Shown: positions 1 to 9,677 of the stretch, in pieces | How the letters are laid out: each line of letters begins with the position of its first letter | Numbering within the stretch: position 1 is the stretch's first letter | Source: a virus | Length of the DNA: 64,000 nt | Direction: 5' to 3' (one strand) | IMG/VR virus record: IMGVR_UViG_3300032236_001503 | Location: 64,001-128,000 of that record | The notes under the pieces: model-generated | What the model was told of the DNA's origin: nothing | What the model saw: the letters and a program-made list of their open reading frames with translations, nothing else | Databases searched by the model: none | Made by a program: the position numbers and the translations under genes

Positions 1-9
1 TTTAAAAAT

Positions 10-684
10 ATGCCAATAAGTGATTCATTTATAAAAGATTTTTATAGTAAAATCTATATAATCCATTGGAAACCTTTAACAGATAGAAGGAAATACATGG
101 AAGAGAAGTTAGAAGAGTTTGGTTTAACTGATTTAGTTGAATGGGTGGATCAATATGATACACCGCAAACCGTTAAAAAGATAAAAAACGTATTCCATAT
201 TAATCCAAGATTAATTTGTGTTAATCAATCACACATATATTGCTATCAGCAACAGATAAAAAACAAATACAAACATATTCTAATATTAGAAGATGATGTT
301 GATTTTGAAAATATAGATTTTCGAATGTATTTGGAGCAAGCAGCATTTGAATTTGAAAAATTAGATGGCGATGTTGCATTTTTAAGCTCTTGTTGTGGGT
401 TAGAAGTTAAAAATAAAAAGCCACCAACTCTTTTATACTACGATGCATCATATGTAACTAGATGTACTGGTGCTTATATAGTAAATTTAAGATGCGCAGA
501 GAGTCTTTTAACCGCTGCTAGGTTAAACTGTCACGCAATCGATAGAGTTTTAAATTTCTTTATACCTCAAATGAAAATAAGAGTTTTATGGTCAGGATTA
601 GTGTTAAAACAGGGTTCTGAAACTGGAAAATACAAGAGTTCTTTTCTTGATATAAGAGATAAAAACGGTAATTACAAATCATAA
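10..684 (+). CDS. Glycosyltransferase family 25 (Lex2/LgtB-like)
   Basis: KIYIIH..L.DRR N-terminus, ILEDDV DxD motif, CTGAYIV..A..LL....AID segment. Confidence 0.8.
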   Translation: MPISDSFIKDFYSKIYIIHWKPLTDRRKYMEEKLEEFGLTDLVEWVDQYDTPQTVKKIKNVFHINPRLICVNQSHIYCYQQQIKNKYKHILILEDDVDFENIDFRMYLEQAAFEFEKLDGDVAFLSSCCGLEVKNKKPPTLLYYDASYVTRCTGAYIVNLRCAESLLTAARLNCHAIDRVLNFFIPQMKIRVLWSGLVLKQGSETGKYKSSFLDIRDKNGNYKS

Positions 685-685
685 G

Positions 686-1285
686 ATGAATATTAATTTA
701 GAATTGATTAAAAAATATTTCTATCCTAAAAATATATTGGATATAGGTGCTCATTGTGGTGAATTTAATGCTCATTGTAAACATTTTTTTCCTGATAGTA
801 AAATAATCTCAATTGAGGGAAACGAATCATGTGAAAAGGATTTAAAAAATAATAATTGTGATTACAAGATACTTTTACTAGGTAAAGAAAATAAAAAAGT
901 CATCTTTTATAAACAAAAAAATGATTTAGCATGTACTGGCAATTCAATCTATAAAGAGTTAACGGAGCATTTTAATGATGATGCTTTGATTAAAGAAGAA
1001 AAGAATCTTAAAATGTTAGATGAAGTTTTTGATCAAACTACTACATTTGATTTAATCAAAATAGATACACAAGGTTCTGAATTAGATATACTAGAAGGTG
1101 GCAAAAATCTTGCACAAAAAGCAAATGGAATACTGTTAGAGGTCTCATTAGAGCCTTATAATGAAGGTGCTCCGTTATATGATGAAGTTGTAAAATACAT
1201 GAATAGTATTGGGTTTGAAGAAAAGGAAACATTGGATAGAAGCACAAATCCCCCACAATTAGATATTCTCTTTATAAAAAAATGA
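686..1285 (+). CDS. FkbM-family SAM-dependent methyltransferase
   Basis: LDIGAHCG SAM motif; IKIDTQGSELDILEG. Confidence 0.9.
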   Translation: MNINLELIKKYFYPKNILDIGAHCGEFNAHCKHFFPDSKIISIEGNESCEKDLKNNNCDYKILLLGKENKKVIFYKQKNDLACTGNSIYKELTEHFNDDALIKEEKNLKMLDEVFDQTTTFDLIKIDTQGSELDILEGGKNLAQKANGILLEVSLEPYNEGAPLYDEVVKYMNSIGFEEKETLDRSTNPPQLDILFIKK

Positions 1286-1974
1286 AATTATATACCGTAT
1301 TCACAGAATCACATTATGGAATGTTCAAAGATTACTTTATAAAAAGTTTTCCATTTGATCCAAATTTAGAACTTGTAGTTAAATTCAAACCTCAAGTTTG
1401 CGCCAGTTCGGAATTTCAAAGCGAAGGATGGAGAGAAACTATGATGTACAAGGTTCAATGTTTCATTGATGCAGCATATGAAACCGAATATGGACAGTGT
1501 TTCATGTTTGCAGACCCAGACATTCAATTTTTTAAACCATTTCATGATGACGTTTTAAAACATCTTGGTGATGCGGATGCAATTTTTCAAAATGATTTCG
1601 GAGGTGGTGTTAATACTGGATTTTTTATGATGAGATCAACTCCCGTTACAAGAGCATTTCTTCAAACAGTAAAGGGCAATCTCCATAACTTCCCAGAAGA
1701 ACAAGTTTGCTTCAATCATTTATTGAGAAATTTTCAAATATATCCAAAAATTGCATTTAAATGGGGAATGCTACCAAAAGAATATTGGACTTATGGTGAA
1801 TTAGCAATTCATAGAGCTACACAACAAAATCCAGCAGGTACATGGCAAGGTAATGAAGAATTTGATATACCTGAAAATATAATAATTCACCATGCCAACT
1901 GGACAACTCCATTTAAAAATAAAATAAAGTTATTAGATGTCGTAAAGGAGAAATACAATGCTAGATCAGTTTAA
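1282..1974 (+). CDS. Nucleotide-diphospho-sugar transferase (GT77-like, GT-A fold)
   Basis: FADPDIQFF DxD motif, VNTGFFMMR, EQ..FN, HHANW...K. Confidence 0.75.
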   Translation: MKLYTVFTESHYGMFKDYFIKSFPFDPNLELVVKFKPQVCASSEFQSEGWRETMMYKVQCFIDAAYETEYGQCFMFADPDIQFFKPFHDDVLKHLGDADAIFQNDFGGGVNTGFFMMRSTPVTRAFLQTVKGNLHNFPEEQVCFNHLLRNFQIYPKIAFKWGMLPKEYWTYGELAIHRATQQNPAGTWQGNEEFDIPENIIIHHANWTTPFKNKIKLLDVVKEKYNARSV

Positions 1975-2839
1975 AAAATACTGCGTACAAGCGGTTTATC
2001 CACCATATCCATTCTACCATCAGGGGAAATATATAGAACAATATTTTTTAGATTTTTATTTAAAAAATATCGATATTTTTGAAAAATTAGATAGACAATA
2101 TATTCCAGTTACATGGACTGATGTGTATTTAAAGGCAATGAACGTTGTTCCTGAACTCCAAAAGGAAATAAACAATCTTGATAGATCTAAGAAATATTTT
2201 ACGGTATCTCAACATGACGATGCTCCATTTCAAAAATTTCCACCAAATACGATACATTTTTCTGCTGGTGGCAATATGCCAAATACCATACCAATTCCTT
2301 TAATTTGTAGTGAAATACCAAACAAACCTGTTGTTGAAAAGGATATATTTTGCAGTTTCGTAGGGAGTATAACTGATGCTGGTACAGGTTGGGGTAAAGT
2401 TGCACATCAAATTAGAATGAAAATGCTGGAAGTCTTGATAGATAAACCAGAATATGTTTTAAAACCTAAAAATTGGTCAGAAGAAGTTAAAAATGAAAGG
2501 CAAGATTTGTTTTTAAACACAACGGCACGAAGTAAATTTACATTATGCCCAAGAGGTTACGGAGCAACTAGTTTCAGATTATATGAATCAATGCAATTAG
2601 GTTCGGTTCCAGTTTATATCTATTTCCAAAGACCATTTCTACCATTTGTTGATGATATTAATTGGGATGATATATGTGTATTGGTTGATTTTGATGATAT
2701 TGAAAGCTTAGATGATAGATTAAAATCTATTTCGGATGAAAGATATAACTTTATGCTTGAAAAAATAAAAGAAGTTTATCCAAAGTATTTTACTTTACAG
2801 GCAATGTGTGATAATATCTTAAAAACATTGCAAAAATGA
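1958..2839 (+). CDS. Exostosin-family glycosyltransferase (GT47-like)
   Basis: SKFTLCPRGYGATSFRLYESMQLGSVPV...LPF...INW signature. Confidence 0.85.
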   Translation: MLDQFKKYCVQAVYPPYPFYHQGKYIEQYFLDFYLKNIDIFEKLDRQYIPVTWTDVYLKAMNVVPELQKEINNLDRSKKYFTVSQHDDAPFQKFPPNTIHFSAGGNMPNTIPIPLICSEIPNKPVVEKDIFCSFVGSITDAGTGWGKVAHQIRMKMLEVLIDKPEYVLKPKNWSEEVKNERQDLFLNTTARSKFTLCPRGYGATSFRLYESMQLGSVPVYIYFQRPFLPFVDDINWDDICVLVDFDDIESLDDRLKSISDERYNFMLEKIKEVYPKYFTLQAMCDNILKTLQK

Positions 2840-3600
2840 AAAAAGTATTATTTGTAATTGCCCGTTATAACGATTATAGGCAAAAAATATTTGACGAGAT
2901 CATCTCACCTAGAAATAAAGCTTATTGTGATAAGCATGGATTCAAATATATCGCAATAGGAAACGAAACACCGCTTGAATTATATAGAGGTAATCCAACT
3001 TGGTGGAAATTTTCAATAGTAAAGGATTTAATTGATAATGGAACTCTTAAAGACGGAGATATTCTTGCACATATTGATGCAGATATGTATTTCGTTAACG
3101 ATTCTGTCTCAATTGAGACACCAAAATCATTTTCTTATGCAATAGATTCAGGAAATACTCATTGCATGGGTTGGTATAGTATAAAAATTAATGATTGGTC
3201 AAAAAAATTAATCAATAACATTCTTTCAGAGGAAAGGTTTAATAAATTATATAAAAAAATTTCAATACATGAAAGATTCAAAACCCATTCTAGTTTTTGG
3301 CATGAGTTTAGAGAACAGGCAAGTTGGTATAGTTTAGCAGGAATTAAAAGACATTCGGATAAATCATTTTGGGAATACCCAAATAATGGTTTTCATAGTG
3401 AAATGAACGAAGATGTAATCTATTCCTTGGATGAACTCAATGAAAACGTTCAGATATTCGATACTGGATTTAATGTAACCGAATGGGTTGGTGAAAGTAG
3501 TTGCCAATTTGATATAAACAGAGTATCTATTGATAATATTGTCATTAGACACTTTGCTGGTGGTCAAGATTGGAATAATGTAAGAAATTGGATAAATTAA
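2836..3600 (+). CDS. GT34-like (GMA12/MNN10) glycosyltransferase
   Basis: AYCDKHGF, W.K, HIDADMYF DxD motif, EQA, C-terminal IRHFAG. Confidence 0.7.
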   Translation: MKKVLFVIARYNDYRQKIFDEIISPRNKAYCDKHGFKYIAIGNETPLELYRGNPTWWKFSIVKDLIDNGTLKDGDILAHIDADMYFVNDSVSIETPKSFSYAIDSGNTHCMGWYSIKINDWSKKLINNILSEERFNKLYKKISIHERFKTHSSFWHEFREQASWYSLAGIKRHSDKSFWEYPNNGFHSEMNEDVIYSLDELNENVQIFDTGFNVTEWVGESSCQFDINRVSIDNIVIRHFAGGQDWNNVRNWIN

Positions 3601-3603
3601 AAC

Positions 3604-4638
3604 ATGAAAAAAGTTTTAATTACTGGTTCTGGTGGATTAATCGGTTCTGAAGCCGTTGAATATTATTGCAATAAAGGATATCAAGTTGTTGGAACTGATA
3701 ATAATTTCAGAGAGTATTTTTTTGGTAAAGGTGGATCGGTTAATTGGAGAATTGATGAATTAAAAAAACATAAAAACTATACTCATTATAGTTCCAATAT
3801 TGTTAATAATGAAGAAGTTGAAAATATCTTTATACAACAGGGTAAATTTGATTTAATTATCCACACTGCGGCTCAGCCATCTCATGATTGGGCATGTAAG
3901 GAGCCATTAACAGATTTTAACGTTAATGCAGTTGGTACAATTAATCTTTTGGAGTCTTATAGATTACACTCACCAGATGCAGTTTTTATTTTTACATCAA
4001 CTAATAAGGTTTATGGTGATACCCCAAATAGAATTGCACTTCACGAAGACGAAACTAGATTTAGCCCTCTTTTACCCGACCATGAAAACGGTTTTGATGA
4101 ATGGGTATCAATAGATCATTGTCTACATAGCGTATTTGGTGCTAGTAAAGTGGCTGCTGATATAATGGTTCAAGAGTATGGAAAATATTTTAATTTAAAA
4201 ACTGTTGTATTTAGAGGTGGTTGCTTAACCGGACAGAAACATTCTGGTGTTGAACTTCATGGATTTCTTTCATACTTGGTAAAATGTTGTGTAAATGACA
4301 TTCCATACACAATTTTTGGGTATAAAGGTAAGCAAGTAAGAGATAATATCCATTCCTCAGATTTAATATCAGCCTTTGATGCATATTTTGAATCACCTAG
4401 ATCAAATGGCGAAGTTTATAATATCGGTGGAGGAATTTATTCAAATTGTTCGGTCTTAGAAGCTATTTCTCTAATAGAAACTATGACAAATAAGAAATTA
4501 AACTATACTATTAAAGATGAAAACCGAATGGGTGATCATATATGGTGGATTTCTGATACTAGAAAATTTAAAAGACATTTTCCAAATTGGAAACAAGAAT
4601 ATAACATGGAAAAAATCATAGAAACCTTTTTAAAATAA
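3604..4638 (+). CDS. NAD-dependent epimerase/dehydratase (CDP-paratose 2-epimerase/RfbE-like extended SDR)
   Basis: TGSGGLIG Rossmann motif, HTAAQPSHD, STNKVYGD, GYKGKQVRDNIH. Confidence 0.85.
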   Translation: MKKVLITGSGGLIGSEAVEYYCNKGYQVVGTDNNFREYFFGKGGSVNWRIDELKKHKNYTHYSSNIVNNEEVENIFIQQGKFDLIIHTAAQPSHDWACKEPLTDFNVNAVGTINLLESYRLHSPDAVFIFTSTNKVYGDTPNRIALHEDETRFSPLLPDHENGFDEWVSIDHCLHSVFGASKVAADIMVQEYGKYFNLKTVVFRGGCLTGQKHSGVELHGFLSYLVKCCVNDIPYTIFGYKGKQVRDNIHSSDLISAFDAYFESPRSNGEVYNIGGGIYSNCSVLEAISLIETMTNKKLNYTIKDENRMGDHIWWISDTRKFKRHFPNWKQEYNMEKIIETFLK

Positions 4639-5501
4639 TGAAAATATCTTTTCTAGATTTTTGGGATGGATTTGATGCTGAAAATAATTTTTTAATTGAT
4701 TTAATCAGATCCTTTAAATATGATGTTTATATATCTGAACCACACCAAGCCGATTTAATTATATTTTCATGTTTTGGTAATTCAAATAAACAATTTAATC
4801 ATTGCAAAAAGATATTTTATACCGGAGAAAATCTAAGACCTAATTTCAATGATTGTGATTACTCTTTAACATTTGATTTTGATGATTATGATGGCAAAAA
4901 TATTAGATTACCATTATGGTTAATGCAAATAGACTTTTTTAACAAAAAAAGTTATGGAAATCCTAAGTTTTTAATCAATTTAAAAACATTATTAGATAAT
5001 GAGGAAAATCCCTATTCAAAAATTAAAAAAGAAAATTTTTGCGTAATTGTAAACAATCATTTGGGTAATAAGCGTGAAGAAATACTGAGATGTTTAATAA
5101 AAAATAAACATAAACAAGTTAATGGTTATGGTAAAATATTTAACAATTGGTTTTATGGTGAGGATACCAAATTAGATATCCTTTCAAAGTTTAAATTTAA
5201 CATATGTTTTGAAAATTCAATACATTCAGGTTATTATACTGAAAAATTGATACATGCAAAGGCAGCTTTCACGATACCTGTTTATTATTCTGATAGTAAT
5301 ATCGAAAAGGATTTCAATAAAAATTCATTTTTAAATCTAAATGATTATGAATCAATGGAGCATTTTTGCGATAGAATATTAGAAATAGATTCTAACGAAT
5401 CTTTATATAAAGATATAGTTGAACAACCATTATTCAATAAACCTGATCACGCAATTCAATTATTAAGTGACATATCATATAAAATATCCAAAATACTATG
5501 A
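4638..5501 (+). CDS. Alpha-1,3/4-fucosyltransferase-like (GT10)
   Basis: FYTGENLRP, RLPLW, KFNICFENS..GYYTEKL. Confidence 0.85.
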   Translation: MKISFLDFWDGFDAENNFLIDLIRSFKYDVYISEPHQADLIIFSCFGNSNKQFNHCKKIFYTGENLRPNFNDCDYSLTFDFDDYDGKNIRLPLWLMQIDFFNKKSYGNPKFLINLKTLLDNEENPYSKIKKENFCVIVNNHLGNKREEILRCLIKNKHKQVNGYGKIFNNWFYGEDTKLDILSKFKFNICFENSIHSGYYTEKLIHAKAAFTIPVYYSDSNIEKDFNKNSFLNLNDYESMEHFCDRILEIDSNESLYKDIVEQPLFNKPDHAIQLLSDISYKISKIL

Positions 5502-6193
5502 AGTTAAACACATATGTTATTCATTATACTAAGTTAAAAGAGAGAAAAGATAATATTATTTCTCTTTTTAATGATAATGATTTTAATTTAAATTTTATAG
5601 AAGAATTTGATAAAGAAGAGATAACAAAAGAAAACATAAGGTTGTTTTACAATCCAAATAAAGAATTATTTGATTCGAAAATCAGCCCCCTATGGGATAA
5701 CTCAATCCATAAATTTCGTTATTTAACTTACCCAGAGGCATCTTGTGCTATAAAACAAGTTTTAGCGATAAAACAAGTTTCAGAACAAGAAAATGAATAC
5801 GCATTAATCATAGAAGATGATGTTTTGCCAAAAAATTCAAATTTTTCAAAAGAAATTGAAAATGTGATATCAAACTCACCCAAAGATTGGGATGCAATAT
5901 TTATAGGTGAAGGTTGTGGTGAGGAATTTATTAAATTTAAACTAAATGATTTTCAAAAAATAAATGATAAAGTCTATAAAGCTAATCATCCAGCAACAAA
6001 TTGTGCAGAAGCATATATTTTAAAGAAAAGTTCAGCCCAAAAGATATATGAAAATATCATACCATTCCAACTTGCATTTGATTGGGAACTTGCATATATA
6101 TTCTATAAGCTAAAAATGAATATATACTGGGCTATACCGCCTATTTTTGTTCAGGGTTCAAAAAACGGAACTTACAACACAAGCATACAATAA
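5498..6193 (+). CDS. Glycosyltransferase family 25
   Basis: TYVIHYTKL.ERK, IIEDDV, P.DWD.IF.G, CAEAYIL...A, AFDWEL; paralogue of 10-684. Confidence 0.8.
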   Translation: MKLNTYVIHYTKLKERKDNIISLFNDNDFNLNFIEEFDKEEITKENIRLFYNPNKELFDSKISPLWDNSIHKFRYLTYPEASCAIKQVLAIKQVSEQENEYALIIEDDVLPKNSNFSKEIENVISNSPKDWDAIFIGEGCGEEFIKFKLNDFQKINDKVYKANHPATNCAEAYILKKSSAQKIYENIIPFQLAFDWELAYIFYKLKMNIYWAIPPIFVQGSKNGTYNTSIQ

Positions 6194-6194
6194 A

Positions 6195-6866
6195 ATGAAA
6201 GAAATAATAGACATATACGAACATCCAAAATACAAACATCTATACGATTGCATAGCACCGAGACCGCAACCACCAGATTTTGCATTACATTACTTTAACA
6301 ATGCCGAAAATTTAACTTTTGTTGATATTGGTGCAAACGATGGTGTTACTTGGAGCAATTCCTTATCAATGGAAATAAATTATGGATGGAATGGTATATG
6401 TATTGAGCCACATCCAGTTGCATATAAAAAATTAACCGAAAATAGAACTTGTAAATGCTTAAATTTAGCAGTTTCCGATGTGGATTTAGAGTTAGATTTT
6501 CTTGTTATTGAAGGAAAAGCCGAAATGCTTAGCGGATTGATTAAAGATTTCCACCCTGAACATAAAATAAGAATAAATGAAGAAGTAGCCAAAAATGGAG
6601 ATAAGGCATACAAACAAAAAGTTCATTCTAAACCTTTGCATTCTATTTTACAGGAAAATAATATTAGTAAAGTGAATTATTTATCAATTGATACAGAAGG
6701 ATCAGAGCTATCCATCATAAAGGGAATAGATTTTTCAAAAACCGACATAGACTTGATAAGCCTTGAGGTAAATTACGAAATAGAACCCACTAATCAATTA
6801 ATGGATTCCGTTGGTTATAAATTTTTAAATAAAATCTGCGGTGATGCTTTCTATTGCAAGAAATGA
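6195..6866 (+). CDS. FkbM-family methyltransferase
   Basis: FVDIGANDG..WSNS, GWNGICIEP, YLSIDTEGSEL; start moved to ATG 6195, just after the upstream stop. Confidence 0.9.
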   Translation: MKEIIDIYEHPKYKHLYDCIAPRPQPPDFALHYFNNAENLTFVDIGANDGVTWSNSLSMEINYGWNGICIEPHPVAYKKLTENRTCKCLNLAVSDVDLELDFLVIEGKAEMLSGLIKDFHPEHKIRINEEVAKNGDKAYKQKVHSKPLHSILQENNISKVNYLSIDTEGSELSIIKGIDFSKTDIDLISLEVNYEIEPTNQLMDSVGYKFLNKICGDAFYCKK

Positions 6867-7816
6867 AAATAGGTTTTTATCTACCTCATTTAGATATACA
6901 AGGAACAGGTGTTAGTTGCTTTGATTATGCATACTATAATGAAAAAATTCTTGGAAATAAATCTTATTTTTTCTGCGTCAAGAATCATCAAGGTACACAT
7001 CCTCTAGCAGAAAAAAAGTTTAAAGATAATTTAGATGTAATTGAAATAGAAAACGAATCAGACATGTTATCTTTGGATAAACATTGTAAAGATTTAGGAT
7101 TAGATGCTCTTTATATCCAAAAATTAGGTAAAAAATACGAAGGTGGTTATGTAGAAAGCACACCAATGCTTATTCATTGCGTAGGAGCCTATAATGAGCC
7201 ACATGGTAAGGTTTATTCATATGTCAGCGAATGGTTAAGTTCACATTGTTCCAATAACAGAATACCATTTGTTCCATACATGGTTCATCTACCAGAAACG
7301 GATGAAAACCTAAGAAAAGAACTTGGAATCCCATCTGATGCGATTGTTTTTGGTAGAACTGGTGGACCTTACTCATGGAATATACCATTTGTTAATGATG
7401 TGATTAAAAAAATATTAGATGAGAAAAAAAATGTGTATTTTTTATTTGCTAACACAAATCATTTTATAAATCATGATCGTGTAATATTTCATGAACCATT
7501 TGCTGATTTAATTTATAAAAGAAAATTTATAAATACGTGTGATGCGTTTTTACACGCAAGAAGTGAAGGTGAATCATTCGGTGCATCCGTAGCCGAATTC
7601 TCTATTTGTAATAAACCAATAATAACTTTTTCAAATTCACCAGAAAGAAATCATATTTTAACATTAAAGGAAAAAGGAATATATTATAATGATTTTATTT
7701 CATTATATAACATATTAAATGAATTTACACCACAAACAGATATTGAATGGAACGCATATCAAGCATTTACCCCAGAAAAAGTAATGGAAAAATTTAAAAA
7801 TGTCTTTTTAAGTTGA
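6863..7816 (+). CDS. GT-B (GT4-like) glycosyltransferase
   Basis: DAFLHARSEGESFGASVAEFS..NKPII (ExxxxxxxE motif); ATGA overlap with the upstream stop. Confidence 0.75.
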   Translation: MKIGFYLPHLDIQGTGVSCFDYAYYNEKILGNKSYFFCVKNHQGTHPLAEKKFKDNLDVIEIENESDMLSLDKHCKDLGLDALYIQKLGKKYEGGYVESTPMLIHCVGAYNEPHGKVYSYVSEWLSSHCSNNRIPFVPYMVHLPETDENLRKELGIPSDAIVFGRTGGPYSWNIPFVNDVIKKILDEKKNVYFLFANTNHFINHDRVIFHEPFADLIYKRKFINTCDAFLHARSEGESFGASVAEFSICNKPIITFSNSPERNHILTLKEKGIYYNDFISLYNILNEFTPQTDIEWNAYQAFTPEKVMEKFKNVFLS

Positions 7817-7840
7817 TTAAATTATTTTTCAGTGTATACT
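7813..7840 (+). promoter_or_regulatory. Sigma70-like promoter for gp46
   Basis: TTGATT-N16-TATACT, 11 nt before ATG. Confidence 0.6.
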
Positions 7841-7851
7841 TCTTTAAGTAA

Positions 7852-9648
7852 ATGAAAAAAGTTCAGTTTAATTCTGTAAAAATACAAAATTTTCTTTCTA
7901 TTGGAAAAGATCCAATAGTAATCGAATTCCAAAAAGGGATAAATCTTATTACTGGTGAGAATAAAGATAAGGGTGGCAAGAATGGAATTGGTAAAAGTTC
8001 TATATTAGAGTCAATTTATTGGTGTTTATTTGGAAATACCATTCGTGATCTCAAAAAGGATAAGATTATACACAATCTTAGTAAAAAGGATTGTAAGGTT
8101 ACTCTAGATATTTCGGTAGAAACTACGTCAGGTATAAAGAATTACTTGATAATTCGTTCAATTGAACCCACAAAAATATCTATTATTTGTGATGGTGAAG
8201 ATGTAACGCATTCTACTATGCCAGAAAACGATTCTTTTATTAAAGAAATTATCGGAGCTTCAGAAGAAGTCTTTCAGAATGCGGTCATAATGTCTGCAAA
8301 CAATACTTTGCCTTTCATGGCGCAGAAAAAAATCGATAAAAGAAAATTTATCGAAGGAATTCTTAATTTAAACATTTTTAGTGAAATGTTATTAAAGGCG
8401 AGAAGTGATTACAATGATCTAAAGAAGGAAAATGATCTCTTAAGTAATACATTCATTAATTTACAAAGAAATTTAACTACCTTTGAAGATCAAAAAGCTA
8501 ATGCTGAAACAAAAAAGCAAGAAAAGATCGACGCATTTAAAAATCGCATTAAAGAAAACGAAAAAACCATAGAAGATTTAAAGAATAATAATCTTCCTTT
8601 ACTTATTGATGTCAATAAAGAGATAAAAGAATTAGAAGATAAATGTAATACATTAAAAAATGGCGTAAAATCATTTAATAAAACAAAATCAGAACTTATA
8701 ACAAAGAGTTCAAATATATCTGCTGAAATAAGACAACTAGAAAAAGAAAAACAAAATATCATTAATAAGGGAAATACTTGCCCAACATGCAATAGAGAGT
8801 ATTGTGAGGACGATATTAAAGCAGTTCAAGAGAAATTAAAAGATATTGACTCTCAACTAATAGTTCTTGCTAACGAATCCTTTACTATTAACTCCGAAAA
8901 GATTGTTTGGGATGATAAAATCGAAGAAGTAGAAGAAGGAATTGAAAAAATCAATAAAAAAATCAGAAGTTTAGATCAAATTAAATCTGATATAAAACTT
9001 AATGATCAAAAAATTTCTAATTGCGAAGGAAATATTATAGATTGCTTAAAATGGATTGAAGAAACTAAGAAAGATGATCCATCAATTGATTCAAATATTG
9101 AAAAAACCCAAAAAGAAATTGAAAAAACCGAAAAAGAGTTGACCGATATTAAAAAAGATATGGCAATTCTTGATACTGTGAAATTTATTGTTTCGGAAGA
9201 AGGTGTTAAGACTTATATCGTTAAGAAAATGCTTACACTTCTTAACAATAAAATTAATTTTTATCTCCAAGCACTTGATACACCTTGTAAATGTGAATTT
9301 AATGAGTTGTTTGAAGAAACTATTATCAATGAAACAGGCAAAGAGTGTTCATATTTTAATTTTAGTGGTGGAGAAAGAAAAAGAATTGATACAGCAATCC
9401 TATTTATGTTTCAAGATTTATTGAGAATTCAAACCGGAACGTCATATTCTCTCAATATCTATGATGAAATGATCGATTCTGCATTAGATCAGAAGGGAAC
9501 TGATAAGATTCTTGAGTTACTTAAAGAAAAGGTTACGAAATATGATGAATCTGTCTACATTGTTAGTCATAAATCTTCCGATATGGCAAATATCGATAAC
9601 GTAATTCTTCTAGAAAAGGAAGATGGTGTAACTAAAATTGTTAGTTGA
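7852..9648 (+). CDS. gp46: Recombination endonuclease ATPase subunit (T4 gp46, Rad50/SbcC-like)
   Basis: Walker A NGIGKS, coiled coil with CPTC zinc hook, FSGGE signature, YDE..DSALD, VSH. Confidence 0.92.
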   Translation: MKKVQFNSVKIQNFLSIGKDPIVIEFQKGINLITGENKDKGGKNGIGKSSILESIYWCLFGNTIRDLKKDKIIHNLSKKDCKVTLDISVETTSGIKNYLIIRSIEPTKISIICDGEDVTHSTMPENDSFIKEIIGASEEVFQNAVIMSANNTLPFMAQKKIDKRKFIEGILNLNIFSEMLLKARSDYNDLKKENDLLSNTFINLQRNLTTFEDQKANAETKKQEKIDAFKNRIKENEKTIEDLKNNNLPLLIDVNKEIKELEDKCNTLKNGVKSFNKTKSELITKSSNISAEIRQLEKEKQNIINKGNTCPTCNREYCEDDIKAVQEKLKDIDSQLIVLANESFTINSEKIVWDDKIEEVEEGIEKINKKIRSLDQIKSDIKLNDQKISNCEGNIIDCLKWIEETKKDDPSIDSNIEKTQKEIEKTEKELTDIKKDMAILDTVKFIVSEEGVKTYIVKKMLTLLNNKINFYLQALDTPCKCEFNELFEETIINETGKECSYFNFSGGERKRIDTAILFMFQDLLRIQTGTSYSLNIYDEMIDSALDQKGTDKILELLKEKVTKYDESVYIVSHKSSDMANIDNVILLEKEDGVTKIVS

Positions 9649-9672
9649 TAAACAAATACAAACTTATAAATT
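9645..9672 (+). promoter_or_regulatory. Sigma70-like promoter for the GT-B gene
   Basis: TTGATA-N16-TAAATT, 5 nt before ATG 9678. Confidence 0.45.
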
Positions 9673-9677
9673 TCAAT

